From NCBI GenBank assembly GCA_045538455.1, contig JAZSRL010000010.1, positions 29,244-93,243 on the forward strand: DNA of 64,000 nucleotides, given 5' to 3'. A program made the position numbers and the translations under genes. Source of the DNA: Clostridia bacterium (GTDB lineage: Bacteria > Bacillota > Clostridia > Christensenellales > UBA1242). Below, one piece after another: positions 40,361 through 48,926 of the stretch (position 1 is its first letter; each line of letters starts with the position of its first letter). Under the pieces are notes generated by a model. That model worked only from the letters and a program-made list of their open reading frames with translations. It made no database searches and was not told the origin of the DNA.

Positions 40361-40419
40361 TTGCATTTTTGTAAATCTGGTGTTAAGATAAAGAAGTGGG
40401 CCACAAGGTCCATTTTTTT
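40361..40419 (+). promoter_or_regulatory. rimP-nusA promoter plus leader hairpin/attenuator
   Basis: TTGCAT-17-TAAGAT with extended TG, followed by aagaagtgggcc-acaa-ggtccattttttt, resembling the Firmicute rimP leader hairpin. Confidence 0.65.
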
Positions 40420-40439
40420 AAACCATAAGGAGCGGCGAT

Positions 40440-40688
40440 ATGGAAAACAAATTTCAAGATTTATGCCAAAAGGTTGTTAACGAAGCAGGTTATGAACTGT
40501 TGCGTGTTACTTGGAAAAATCGTGAATTATGTTTTTATATCAATAAAGAAGGTGGAATTGACCACTCAGATTGTGAAACCGTGACCAGGTTAATAGAACC
40601 AATTGTCGATGCCAATGATCGTGAATTAGGCGAAAGCTACAGTTTATCGGTAAGCAGTGAAGGTATTGACGGAAAAGATTGGGAGTAA
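40440..40688 (+). CDS. rimP: RimP, N-terminal domain only (82 aa)
   Basis: GI...DC..V...I...D and YSLSVSSEG (canonical LEVSSPG); lies directly before nusA; SD AGGAG. Confidence 0.8.
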   Translation: MENKFQDLCQKVVNEAGYELLRVTWKNRELCFYINKEGGIDHSDCETVTRLIEPIVDANDRELGESYSLSVSSEGIDGKDWE

Positions 40689-40700
40689 AAGGAGATTATA

Positions 40701-41828
40701 ATGACATCAAAAGATTTTTTCGTTGCTTTAAACATGATGGCCACAGAGCGTGGTATGGAAATTAGCGAAATTATTAAGGATTTAGAAGAAGCATTATCTG
40801 TTGCTTTCCGCAAAGCGCATGGGGAAGCGATGAATGCGCGTGTGGCTTTGAATCCAGAGCGTAACACAATTCGCGTTTATAGTTATAAGACTGTTGTTGC
40901 TGATGAAGATGAAAAATTGGATTCGGACGAAGAAGGTTTCGTGCCTTTCGACTACGATAAGTTTATTACTTTGAGCGAAGCTCGCGAAATTAAGAAGTCA
41001 ATCAAAGTTGGTGATGTTTTAGAACAAGAAGAAAACCCAAAAGATTTTGGTCGTGTTGCTGCCGTAGCTGTAAAACAAGTTTTGAATCAAAAAATTAAAG
41101 AACGCAATCGTAATGCAGCTTTGGAAGAAATGTCAACCCGCGAAGATAAAATTGTTACTGCAAAGGTAAATCGTTACGAAGGTGGTAAATATTTCTTGGA
41201 AATTCCTGGCAGTTCTTTGGAAGGTATTTTGGACGAACGCAACAATTTCCCAGGTCAAACTTTCAAGATTGGCGACTTTGTTAAAGTTTATGTACCAAAG
41301 ATAAAGGATATGGGTTATACAAACGATGTTTTTGTAACTCGTACGCGTCCAGAGTTTGTTAAAACTTTGTTTATGCTAGAAGTTCCAGAAATTGAAAAAG
41401 GCGAAATTGAAATTAAAGCTGTTGCTCGTGAAGCTGGTTATCGTACTAAAATTGCAGTGGCTTCAATGATTGCTAACATTGACCCTATCGGTGCTTGTGT
41501 CGGTGCGAAAGGTGCGCGTATTAATGCAATTTTGGATGAAATTCGTCCAGAAAAAGTTGATATCATTCCTTGGAGTGAAGACCCATTGGAATTTATTGCT
41601 TCGGCTTTGTCACCAGCAACTGTTTTGCGTGTTGAAGCTAATGAAGAAGAAAAACGCGCTCGTGTTGTTGTTCCAAATGACAAATTATCTTTAGCAATTG
41701 GTAAAGCTGGTATGAATGTTCGTTTGGCTGCTAAATTGACCGGTTGGAAAATTGATGTAAAGAGTGAAGAAAAAGCAAATGCAGAAGATGCTGCATACAT
41801 TGAGGAATTTACACTCGGTGGCGAATAA
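40701..41828 (+). CDS. nusA: Transcription termination factor NusA
   Basis: Motifs FGRVAA, LF.LEVPEI, AREAG.RTKIAV, GACVG..G, LSLAIGK.G.NVRLA. Confidence 0.97.
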   Translation: MTSKDFFVALNMMATERGMEISEIIKDLEEALSVAFRKAHGEAMNARVALNPERNTIRVYSYKTVVADEDEKLDSDEEGFVPFDYDKFITLSEAREIKKSIKVGDVLEQEENPKDFGRVAAVAVKQVLNQKIKERNRNAALEEMSTREDKIVTAKVNRYEGGKYFLEIPGSSLEGILDERNNFPGQTFKIGDFVKVYVPKIKDMGYTNDVFVTRTRPEFVKTLFMLEVPEIEKGEIEIKAVAREAGYRTKIAVASMIANIDPIGACVGAKGARINAILDEIRPEKVDIIPWSEDPLEFIASALSPATVLRVEANEEEKRARVVVPNDKLSLAIGKAGMNVRLAAKLTGWKIDVKSEEKANAEDAAYIEEFTLGGE

Positions 41829-42066
41829 TTCCAAGGTTGAGCGAATTTGCTGTGTGTGTCGCAAGATGCAATCAATCACCCAAATGACGCGTGTAGTGCG
41901 TGTGCAGGGTGATTTTTTGCTACAAGGAAATAAGCGTTTAAGTGGTCGTGGGGCACATGTTTGTCCGCAATGTATCCAAAGTCCAAACTTACAAAAATGT
42001 TTATCGCGTAGTTTTAAAGCACCTTTTCCAAGCGAATTGATATCGCAAATAGTTAAGAGTAATTAA
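41818..42066 (+). CDS. ylxR: YlxR/RnpM (DUF448) family protein
   Basis: R.C..CR, GRGAHVC..C, L.RSFK. GTG 41818 with SD GAGGA; directly downstream of nusA. Confidence 0.85.
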   Translation: MANNSKVERICCVCRKMQSITQMTRVVRVQGDFLLQGNKRLSGRGAHVCPQCIQSPNLQKCLSRSFKAPFPSELISQIVKSN

Positions 42067-42135
42067 AATAATGAAGGTAATTATATGGATTTATGTTTGA
42101 TATTTCCAACAAAACTGTGCTATAATGTACTAGTT

Positions 42136-42223
42136 GGAAGGGTGTCAGAGTGGTCGAATGAGCTTGTCTCGAAAACAAGTGTGCCTCACGGTACCGCAGG
42201 TTCAAATCCTGTCCCTTCCGCCA
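42136..42223 (+). tRNA. tRNA-Ser(CGA)
   Basis: GGAAGGG/CCCTTCC acceptor stem, CTTGT-CTCGAAA-ACAAG anticodon arm, long variable arm, G73 then CCA. Confidence 0.95.
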
Positions 42224-42276
42224 ATTTTGTCATAAAGTTTTAGATAATAAAATTAAACATATGAAAGAGGTATTTA

Positions 42277-42870
42277 ATGAAATATTGTGAACATTGTGGG
42301 ACTCAAGTTTTAGATGAAGCTGTAATTTGTTCGAAATGTGGTTGTGATGTGAGTGCGATGCGTCCTGTTGATATTGCTCGGACGCAAGATTACAAATATT
42401 GTAAACATTGTGGACAGCAAGTTTTGCGTGAAGCTGTAATGTGTCCGGCGTGCAAAGGGGATTTAGGTCTGCAAAAGGAAATATCAAGTGGTAAAATATT
42501 ACAAATATTAGCCAAAATATTTATGATTTTGGGTGCTGTGGCTTGTGTGATAATTGCAATTTTCTTTTTGGTATCGGGTATTGTTTTAAAAAATGTTAAT
42601 AGTATTGCTGATTTAATTTCGCAAAGTCATGTCGCATTTGATATTGCGTTGTTATATGATATCAATGTTGATTTATTATCAAATATTTGTCTAGTTTGTT
42701 CGGTTGGTGTTTTGTTGCCATTATTTTATGTAATTCCAATGATTATACATTATTTCAAATCTATAAAAAATAAAAAACCATTGAGTACAGCTTTTAAAAT
42801 TTGCACTTTATTATTTGTAAATATGATTGCGGGAATTTTAATGATTTGCGATAATGATGAGGTTAAGTAA
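42277..42870 (+). CDS. Double zinc-ribbon membrane protein
   Basis: Two KYC..CG....C..C units followed by TM helices. Confidence 0.8.
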   Translation: MKYCEHCGTQVLDEAVICSKCGCDVSAMRPVDIARTQDYKYCKHCGQQVLREAVMCPACKGDLGLQKEISSGKILQILAKIFMILGAVACVIIAIFFLVSGIVLKNVNSIADLISQSHVAFDIALLYDINVDLLSNICLVCSVGVLLPLFYVIPMIIHYFKSIKNKKPLSTAFKICTLLFVNMIAGILMICDNDEVK

Positions 42871-42893
42871 TATATTTTAAACAAAGGAGTGCT

Positions 42894-43442
42894 ATGAAAT
42901 ATTGTGAGTATTGTGGAAAACAAGTTATAGGTGAGTTGTCAGAATGTCAAAATTGCGGAGCAAGTGTTGTGCAAAAAACAGAGAAACCAAAAGAAGTAGT
43001 TGCGACTGGGAAATATTGTATTCATTGTGGTAGTCAAATTTTGCCAGAAGCTGTGATTTGTCCGAAATGCGGATGTGCAGTTGGAAAAAATAAAAGAAAT
43101 GTTTCAGAATCAGACAAAAGTCGTATTTTGCAATTAGCAACGAAAATTTTTATGATGATTGCACTCGGCAGTTGTATTGTTAACGGAATAGGGGCAATAC
43201 TAACTTCGGGGTTGTTTGTCGTTGGGTTGGGGCAGTTAGAATTTTCTTATACGATTTTTACATCTTTAATTCCATTAGTTTGGATTATTCCAATGACAAT
43301 GCACTATTTCAAAGCCACAAAAAACAAACAACCTATTACTACTGGTTTTAAGGTTTGTACATTGATTTTTGTAAGTTTTGTTGCTGGTATTTTAATGTTT
43401 TGTGAATCAAGCTTAAATAAAAGCGATGTAAATCAAAATTGA
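42894..43442 (+). CDS. Double zinc-ribbon membrane protein, paralog of the upstream gene
   Basis: Same architecture; shared C-terminus IPM..HYFK..KNK.P..T.FK.CTL.FV...AGILM.C. Confidence 0.8.
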   Translation: MKYCEYCGKQVIGELSECQNCGASVVQKTEKPKEVVATGKYCIHCGSQILPEAVICPKCGCAVGKNKRNVSESDKSRILQLATKIFMMIALGSCIVNGIGAILTSGLFVVGLGQLEFSYTIFTSLIPLVWIIPMTMHYFKATKNKQPITTGFKVCTLIFVSFVAGILMFCESSLNKSDVNQN

Positions 43443-43464
43443 GATAGGAGTTGTCTCTTTTTTA

Positions 43465-43929
43465 TTATTCAACCATGTCTAGTTTTGTGTCTAAAACATT
43501 AAAATCTGGGTCAAAAATAACAACACCGTTAAATTTTTTGCCTTTGATAATCTCGGGCAACCAAATTTTATCAGCAGCGAACATTTTATCGTAGGGGAGC
43601 TCATTAAGGTTATACCAAGTTGGTCGCATTTCTTCAGTTTCAATAATTTCGCCTTCGTAATCGTTTGCGATAAAAATTGAAGTGGTTTCTTGGGTTAGTT
43701 CTCCTGTACCGAATTGAAAGGTGATTGTTGCTAAATGTTGTGAGTTAATGGGGGTAACGCCAATTTCTTCTTGTGTTTCGCGAATCATGGCTTGTTCGAT
43801 ACTTTCGCCAGGTTCAATTTTGCCGCCTACTCCGTTGATTTTGCCAACACCAAAGCCGCGCTTCTTTTCGGCTAATAAAATTTGATTATTTTTAATAATA
43901 TAAAGTAATGTCGTTTGTTTATGGTTCAT
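43465..43929 (-). CDS. NUDIX hydrolase, MutT/MTH1-like
   Basis: KKRGFG.GK.NG.GGK, Nudix box GESIEQAMIRETQEEIG, ETEEM.P.W. Confidence 0.9.
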   Translation of the reverse strand: MNHKQTTLLYIIKNNQILLAEKKRGFGVGKINGVGGKIEPGESIEQAMIRETQEEIGVTPINSQHLATITFQFGTGELTQETTSIFIANDYEGEIIETEEMRPTWYNLNELPYDKMFAADKIWLPEIIKGKKFNGVVIFDPDFNVLDTKLDMVE

Positions 43930-43965
43930 ATCAAAATTGTAGGATAAAATTAGAAAATAATCAAA

Positions 43966-44805
43966 TTATTGATTAGATTTTTTGATTAATTGAATCGCTC
44001 TTATGCGGGCTTTGGCACGGGTAAGTTCGTTAAGCTCATTGGAATTAACCATGAGTCCATTACCTTCATAAGCGTGGGGACCATTTTCGATGATATCCAC
44101 AGCAAATAAATTGTTTTGAACGGAGATAAATTTGTGAAGTTTAGATTTATCAATCCATTTTACGGTGTGTTCATTGCTTTCTTGCGTGGAAATTTGGGTT
44201 TGTTTATCGCTGTTTAGGTGTCCGAAAACGATATGCAAGGTTGCATGGCGGTTAACCCCTTTATAATCGGCGTAAAAGTGATTTAGTAGCATAATGGGGT
44301 AAACATTGTCGATTGTGATATCTGTATAACCTGTTTCTTCTATGGTTTCACGGATTGCGGCAGCGGACGGCGTCTCATCGTTTTCGCGACCGCCAAGCAC
44401 AAATGATTTACAATCGCGATGTATAGAGTTGACACAAAGATAACTATCTTCGGTCCAGTGTTTAATAACAGCGATAACACTTTGCCTAGTTTGAATTGGT
44501 AAATCGGGGCGAATGGCTTGGTTACCTGTTCCTTGGTATAATGGTGCAACTACTTGTTTAATAGGTATGTTGTTTTGTTGTGCAATTATAAAATGTTTTT
44601 GAATGTGGGCAGGAATTAAAAAATATGCGTTTTTGATAGATGAAATTTGAAGAATAACTGGTAATTTTTCTCCTGTAAGCGGGTGAAAAATCTCACCTTG
44701 AATTGGAAAAGGGACTACCACGGCGGTAGCCCCATAAATAAGTTCAGGATAGATAATTTCACACGAAAGCTTTTCATTGCAAGATGTGTTTAAACTAATC
44801 TTCAT
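43966..44805 (-). CDS. NUDIX hydrolase embedded in a degenerate LeuRS editing (CP1)-like domain
   Basis: Nudix box GGRENDETPSAAAIRETIEETG flanked by LeuRS-like PELIYGAT, HPLTGEKLPV, IPAH, IPIKQVV and AYEGNGLMVNS. Start is 44805 or 44811. Confidence 0.7.
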   Translation of the reverse strand: MKISLNTSCNEKLSCEIIYPELIYGATAVVVPFPIQGEIFHPLTGEKLPVILQISSIKNAYFLIPAHIQKHFIIAQQNNIPIKQVVAPLYQGTGNQAIRPDLPIQTRQSVIAVIKHWTEDSYLCVNSIHRDCKSFVLGGRENDETPSAAAIRETIEETGYTDITIDNVYPIMLLNHFYADYKGVNRHATLHIVFGHLNSDKQTQISTQESNEHTVKWIDKSKLHKFISVQNNLFAVDIIENGPHAYEGNGLMVNSNELNELTRAKARIRAIQLIKKSNQ

Positions 44806-44855
44806 TATCATAATGTAACATAATACTTCAAAAAAATGAAAATACTTATTACATC

Positions 44856-45857
44856 TTAATTAAATAATGCGGCAAATGTGTTTGGGCCAGCGATTCCATC
44901 GGCAGTTAGTCCATTTGCGGCTTGAAAAGCACGCACTTGATTAGCTGTATTAGGTCCGAAAATGCTATCTAATGTAGTTGGAAATCCTTTAACATACAAT
45001 GCGGATTGTAAAATCCAAACCAAATTGCCGCGACTACCTTGAGCAATATTACGAATTGAGGATTTGGTTTTGGATCCAAAGATGCCGTCAATGGTTAATC
45101 CAGCACCGTAAGTTAAGTTTAATTCGGTTTGTAAAGCTCTGGTTAAAGCTCTTTGTGATTGTGGTCCCCAAATTCCATCGACTTTCAAGCCAGCGCCGTA
45201 GCGTGCATTGAGTGTGTTTTGAATGCTGCGAATGGTGCTGTTGCCTGTTGTTGGCGGAGTCGGGGTTGGTGGGGTATTGTTATCTGGTGGGGTATTGCCA
45301 TTATCTGTAGAGCCAGATGGGTTACAAGTAACACCCACCGATTGCCCTAGACTGCGAGCGATGGCATCGGCGTATTGGTCAAATTTTTGGTCAAATAGCT
45401 CGTTATCTTGAGCATTGTTAATAAAACCAAGTTCTAAAAGTAATGCTGGAGCCCTGGTTTCGCGTAAAACACTTAAATTGGCGCGTTTAACTCCGCGATT
45501 GCTTTGAATGCCAACACTAGCAATTGCTTGCTGTAAGGATTCGGCGGCTTGTAAGGATTTGTTAGATGCGTTAGTGTAAATGAGTGTTTCAACGCCGTTA
45601 GCGGTATTGTTTGTAGCTGAGTTACGGTGAAATGCGACAAATAAGTCGGTATTGCGGTTGTTACTTATACGGCTGCGTTCCAATAATGGAATAAATTCGT
45701 CGGTTGTTCGCGTATAAACAACATTGATGCCACAGCGTTGCAGTCTTTCACCAACGGCTTTTGCTAAGCGTAAGTTATCGTTTTTCTCTAAACGGGTGCC
45801 ATTAACTGCACCCGCATCGTATCCACCATGTCCTGCGTCAATTACAATTGTTGCCAT
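44856..45857 (-). CDS. N-acetylmuramoyl-L-alanine amidase (Amidase_3) with PG_binding_1 domains
   Basis: DAGHGG, EK, FHRN, LLELGFI; Pro/Thr linker; DGIWGP, DGIFG, DGIAGP.T motifs. Confidence 0.92.
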   Translation of the reverse strand: MATIVIDAGHGGYDAGAVNGTRLEKNDNLRLAKAVGERLQRCGINVVYTRTTDEFIPLLERSRISNNRNTDLFVAFHRNSATNNTANGVETLIYTNASNKSLQAAESLQQAIASVGIQSNRGVKRANLSVLRETRAPALLLELGFINNAQDNELFDQKFDQYADAIARSLGQSVGVTCNPSGSTDNGNTPPDNNTPPTPTPPTTGNSTIRSIQNTLNARYGAGLKVDGIWGPQSQRALTRALQTELNLTYGAGLTIDGIFGSKTKSSIRNIAQGSRGNLVWILQSALYVKGFPTTLDSIFGPNTANQVRAFQAANGLTADGIAGPNTFAALFN

Positions 45858-45926
45858 GGTTATAGTTATGGTAGAAACATTTTTTTTGTTACTGCCATAA
45901 ACTGGAAATAGTTTAAAAGGAGAAAT

Positions 45927-47690
45927 ATGGGATTAGGATATCTTAAAATCGCAGCAACAACCGGTAATGGTGTTGGACCTGTTGCAAACGCATCTTACAT
46001 AATAAAAGATAAAAATGGAGCTGTATTATATACTGGACTAACTGATGAAAATGGAGATAGTCCGGTTTATTCATTACCAGCGCCGGATAGAGAATTTTCA
46101 CAGTCGCCACAATCAAGGGTAACGCCTTATGCATTATATGATGTATCAATTCGTCAAAAGGATTTCCAAAGTGTTGATAAAATAGATGTACAGGTATATG
46201 ATCAAATAACAACAGTAGTGGAATTAAATTTAGAGCCATATATTCGTGGACAAGATGATGCTGACCAGAGTTTTGTTACGCCACCGCCAAATGTAGCTTT
46301 ACCAACTACGACACGGGGGCAAATTGGTACGAATACTTTGCCAGATGGACGAGTTTTGACTAGTGTGATTGTTCCAGATTACATTACCGTTCATTTAGCT
46401 GCACCAAATACAAGAGCGGCGAATGTAAGAGTGCGCTTTTCTGATTATATAAAAAATGTAGTTTCCAGCGAAATCTACCCAACATGGCCGACTAATGCGA
46501 TATTAGCAAATATAGCAGCGATTGTAACTTTTGCTTTGAATCGGATTTATACAGAGTGGTATCGTTCGCGTGGGTACGATTTCGATATCACAAGTTCAAC
46601 TGCTTTTGATATGGCATATGTGCCGAATCGCGAAATTTATGCCAATATTTCTGAACTTGTGGATAGTGTGTTTACTGTGTATGCACAACGCGAAGGTTTC
46701 CGTAATCCGTACTTTACCGAGTTTTGCAATGGAACGACATCAACATGTAATGGATTATCACAGTGGGGAACGGTGTCTTTGGCGAATAATGGGTTATCTG
46801 TTTTAAATATATTAAGGTATTATTATCCAAATGATTTAATTTTAAGTAATGCACCGACCGGTGTTGTACAAAATTCATATCCAGGAACTCCTTTGCGAGT
46901 AGGTTCTTCTGGTACTGATGTTCGCCGTATTCAAACTTATTTAAATCGTATTCGTCAAAATTTCCCGTTGATTCCTTTAATTAGTCCAGTTGATGGTTCT
47001 TTTGGGACTCGAACACAAGATGCGGTTAGAGTTTTTCAAAGGACATTTAATCTAACCAGTGACGGTGTAGTTGGGGTAGGAACATGGAATAAAATATCAC
47101 AAATTTATACCGCAGTGACTGGGTTAGCAGAGTTGAATGGTGAAGGTGAACGGATTGGAGTCGGTAACACTCCGCCGACAACGGTATTAAGACAAGGTAG
47201 TCGCGGTAGTGATGTGTTGCAATTACAATTTTTATTGAATTATATTGCTCAATTTTATCCTACATTATCAAGTGTTGCACAGGATAGCGTTTTCGGAGCT
47301 AATACAGCTAGTGCGGTGCGTAGTTTCCAAAGGTTGTTTGGCTTAACCGCAGATGGGGTTGTTGGACCTGCAACATGGAATAAGTTATATCAAGTGTATC
47401 TAACATTACAAAGCGGCGACTCTCCGTCGGGTGGAACTGGTAATAATCCAATCCCTTGGCCTGGTGTTTATTTGCGTCAGGGTAGTACTGGTAGTAATGT
47501 TTCTACATTGCAAAGATTGTTAAATAATGCTCGTAATACTTATGCACAATTGCCATTTTTGCGGGTTGATGGGATTTTTGGTGCTAATACCAACAATGCA
47601 GTGCGTATATTTCAGCGAGCGGCAGGGCTGACTGTTGACGGAATTGTGGGGCCAAGTACCTGGAATGCATTAGCGCGCCTATCGTCATAA
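45927..47690 (+). CDS. SleC-like spore cortex-lytic enzyme (SpoIID/LytB-type domain plus three PG_binding_1 domains)
   Basis: YIKNVVSSEIYPTW, NRIYTEWYR, FDITSSTAFD, QWGT, ILRYYY; three LR.GS.G...DG..G..TW repeats. Confidence 0.85.
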   Translation: MGLGYLKIAATTGNGVGPVANASYIIKDKNGAVLYTGLTDENGDSPVYSLPAPDREFSQSPQSRVTPYALYDVSIRQKDFQSVDKIDVQVYDQITTVVELNLEPYIRGQDDADQSFVTPPPNVALPTTTRGQIGTNTLPDGRVLTSVIVPDYITVHLAAPNTRAANVRVRFSDYIKNVVSSEIYPTWPTNAILANIAAIVTFALNRIYTEWYRSRGYDFDITSSTAFDMAYVPNREIYANISELVDSVFTVYAQREGFRNPYFTEFCNGTTSTCNGLSQWGTVSLANNGLSVLNILRYYYPNDLILSNAPTGVVQNSYPGTPLRVGSSGTDVRRIQTYLNRIRQNFPLIPLISPVDGSFGTRTQDAVRVFQRTFNLTSDGVVGVGTWNKISQIYTAVTGLAELNGEGERIGVGNTPPTTVLRQGSRGSDVLQLQFLLNYIAQFYPTLSSVAQDSVFGANTASAVRSFQRLFGLTADGVVGPATWNKLYQVYLTLQSGDSPSGGTGNNPIPWPGVYLRQGSTGSNVSTLQRLLNNARNTYAQLPFLRVDGIFGANTNNAVRIFQRAAGLTVDGIVGPSTWNALARLSS

Positions 47691-47692
47691 GT

Positions 47693-47721
47693 TTGACACT
47701 ATACCGGCAAAATGGTATAAT
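47693..47721 (+). promoter_or_regulatory. Consensus sigma-A promoter (leaderless geometry)
   Basis: TTGACA-17-TATAAT with extended TG; ATG 5 nt after the -10 box. Confidence 0.85.
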
Positions 47722-47726
47722 ATCAT

Positions 47727-48923
47727 ATGAAAAATATTTATTACATCGGATACCGTCAAGGTGATGCGGAAGCAAGTTTCTACAATCAAACCATGGACGG
47801 ATACTTCGCGGGTAGTATTACCGAATTAGGTAATAACAAACGCGGAAATGTTGCTCACAATGCGACAACGCGCGTTCAATTAAGTCAAAATGTTGAATTT
47901 GACGAACGCAATACAAAAATTATTCGCGAATTTATTAATGAAAAATGTCGTGAAATTGTGGCAAGGGTTCCAGATGCATACTTTTATCCTTATTCGCCAG
48001 TTTATGCTAGTTATGTACCAGATGAATTAAAAGATCGTATTTTATGTTGTAATGATCCAAAAGTTTTCGCAGTTTTGGATAGTAAATTTCAATTCCGTAA
48101 AATTTTCAAAGATGTTTTACCATTTGCGCCATATGAATATGTGGTTGGTTCAGAAATTATCAAACGCTTGAAGGATGGTACTTATCCAGAGAAAAAAGAA
48201 GTTGTTATTCAGCGTGATTATGGTTCTGGTGGTTTCGGTACTTTGGTTGTAAGTAAAAAATATTTCGAAGATCCCAAATTCAAAGAACGCTCAATTCAAG
48301 AAATCTATCCAAAAGAAACTTATTTGGTTAGTGATTATATTGAATCTATTTGTTCAACCAGCTTGCATTTAATCGTTTCAAATAATGAAGTGCACATTTT
48401 ACCTTCTTCGTATCATCGTTATGTTGATCACCATAAATTGGATTATGTAGAATTTAAGGCTTTTAATAAGTTGCCAAAGGAAATGTTGGAACAAGCTTAC
48501 GAATATGGGTATAAGTTTGGTGAATTTGTTCGAACCAGTAAAAAATACCGCATGCGTGGTTGGGTCCATATTGACCTGTTGTTTGGTGTCGATGGTAAAG
48601 TTTATACGATGGAAGCAAATCCGCGTTTTGGTGGAGAAATTGGCTTGGAAAACCGCGTTTTCCGTGCGGCTGGGTTAGAGTCAGTATTTGAATATAACTA
48701 TCGTGCGTTCTATGACGAAAAAACTGACTTTGCGGAAGGATTGAAAAAAATTAAACCCTTGGGAATTTATCGTCATGCCGTAGTAAAGCGCAATGCTGAT
48801 GGTGAATTAGTGAGTGTTGAAGCAGAACATGTTAATCGTGAAGGTTTTGATATGACATTAATCCGTGAAGAAGATGGTATGTATACACACTCTGTTTATG
48901 AATTACAAACAGAAGACGAATAA
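47727..48923 (+). CDS. ATP-grasp domain protein, substrate unknown
   Basis: Motifs DSK..FR, GSGGFGT, SDYI, HIDLL, MEANPRF. Confidence 0.8.
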   Translation: MKNIYYIGYRQGDAEASFYNQTMDGYFAGSITELGNNKRGNVAHNATTRVQLSQNVEFDERNTKIIREFINEKCREIVARVPDAYFYPYSPVYASYVPDELKDRILCCNDPKVFAVLDSKFQFRKIFKDVLPFAPYEYVVGSEIIKRLKDGTYPEKKEVVIQRDYGSGGFGTLVVSKKYFEDPKFKERSIQEIYPKETYLVSDYIESICSTSLHLIVSNNEVHILPSSYHRYVDHHKLDYVEFKAFNKLPKEMLEQAYEYGYKFGEFVRTSKKYRMRGWVHIDLLFGVDGKVYTMEANPRFGGEIGLENRVFRAAGLESVFEYNYRAFYDEKTDFAEGLKKIKPLGIYRHAVVKRNADGELVSVEAEHVNREGFDMTLIREEDGMYTHSVYELQTEDE

Positions 48924-48926
48924 TAA

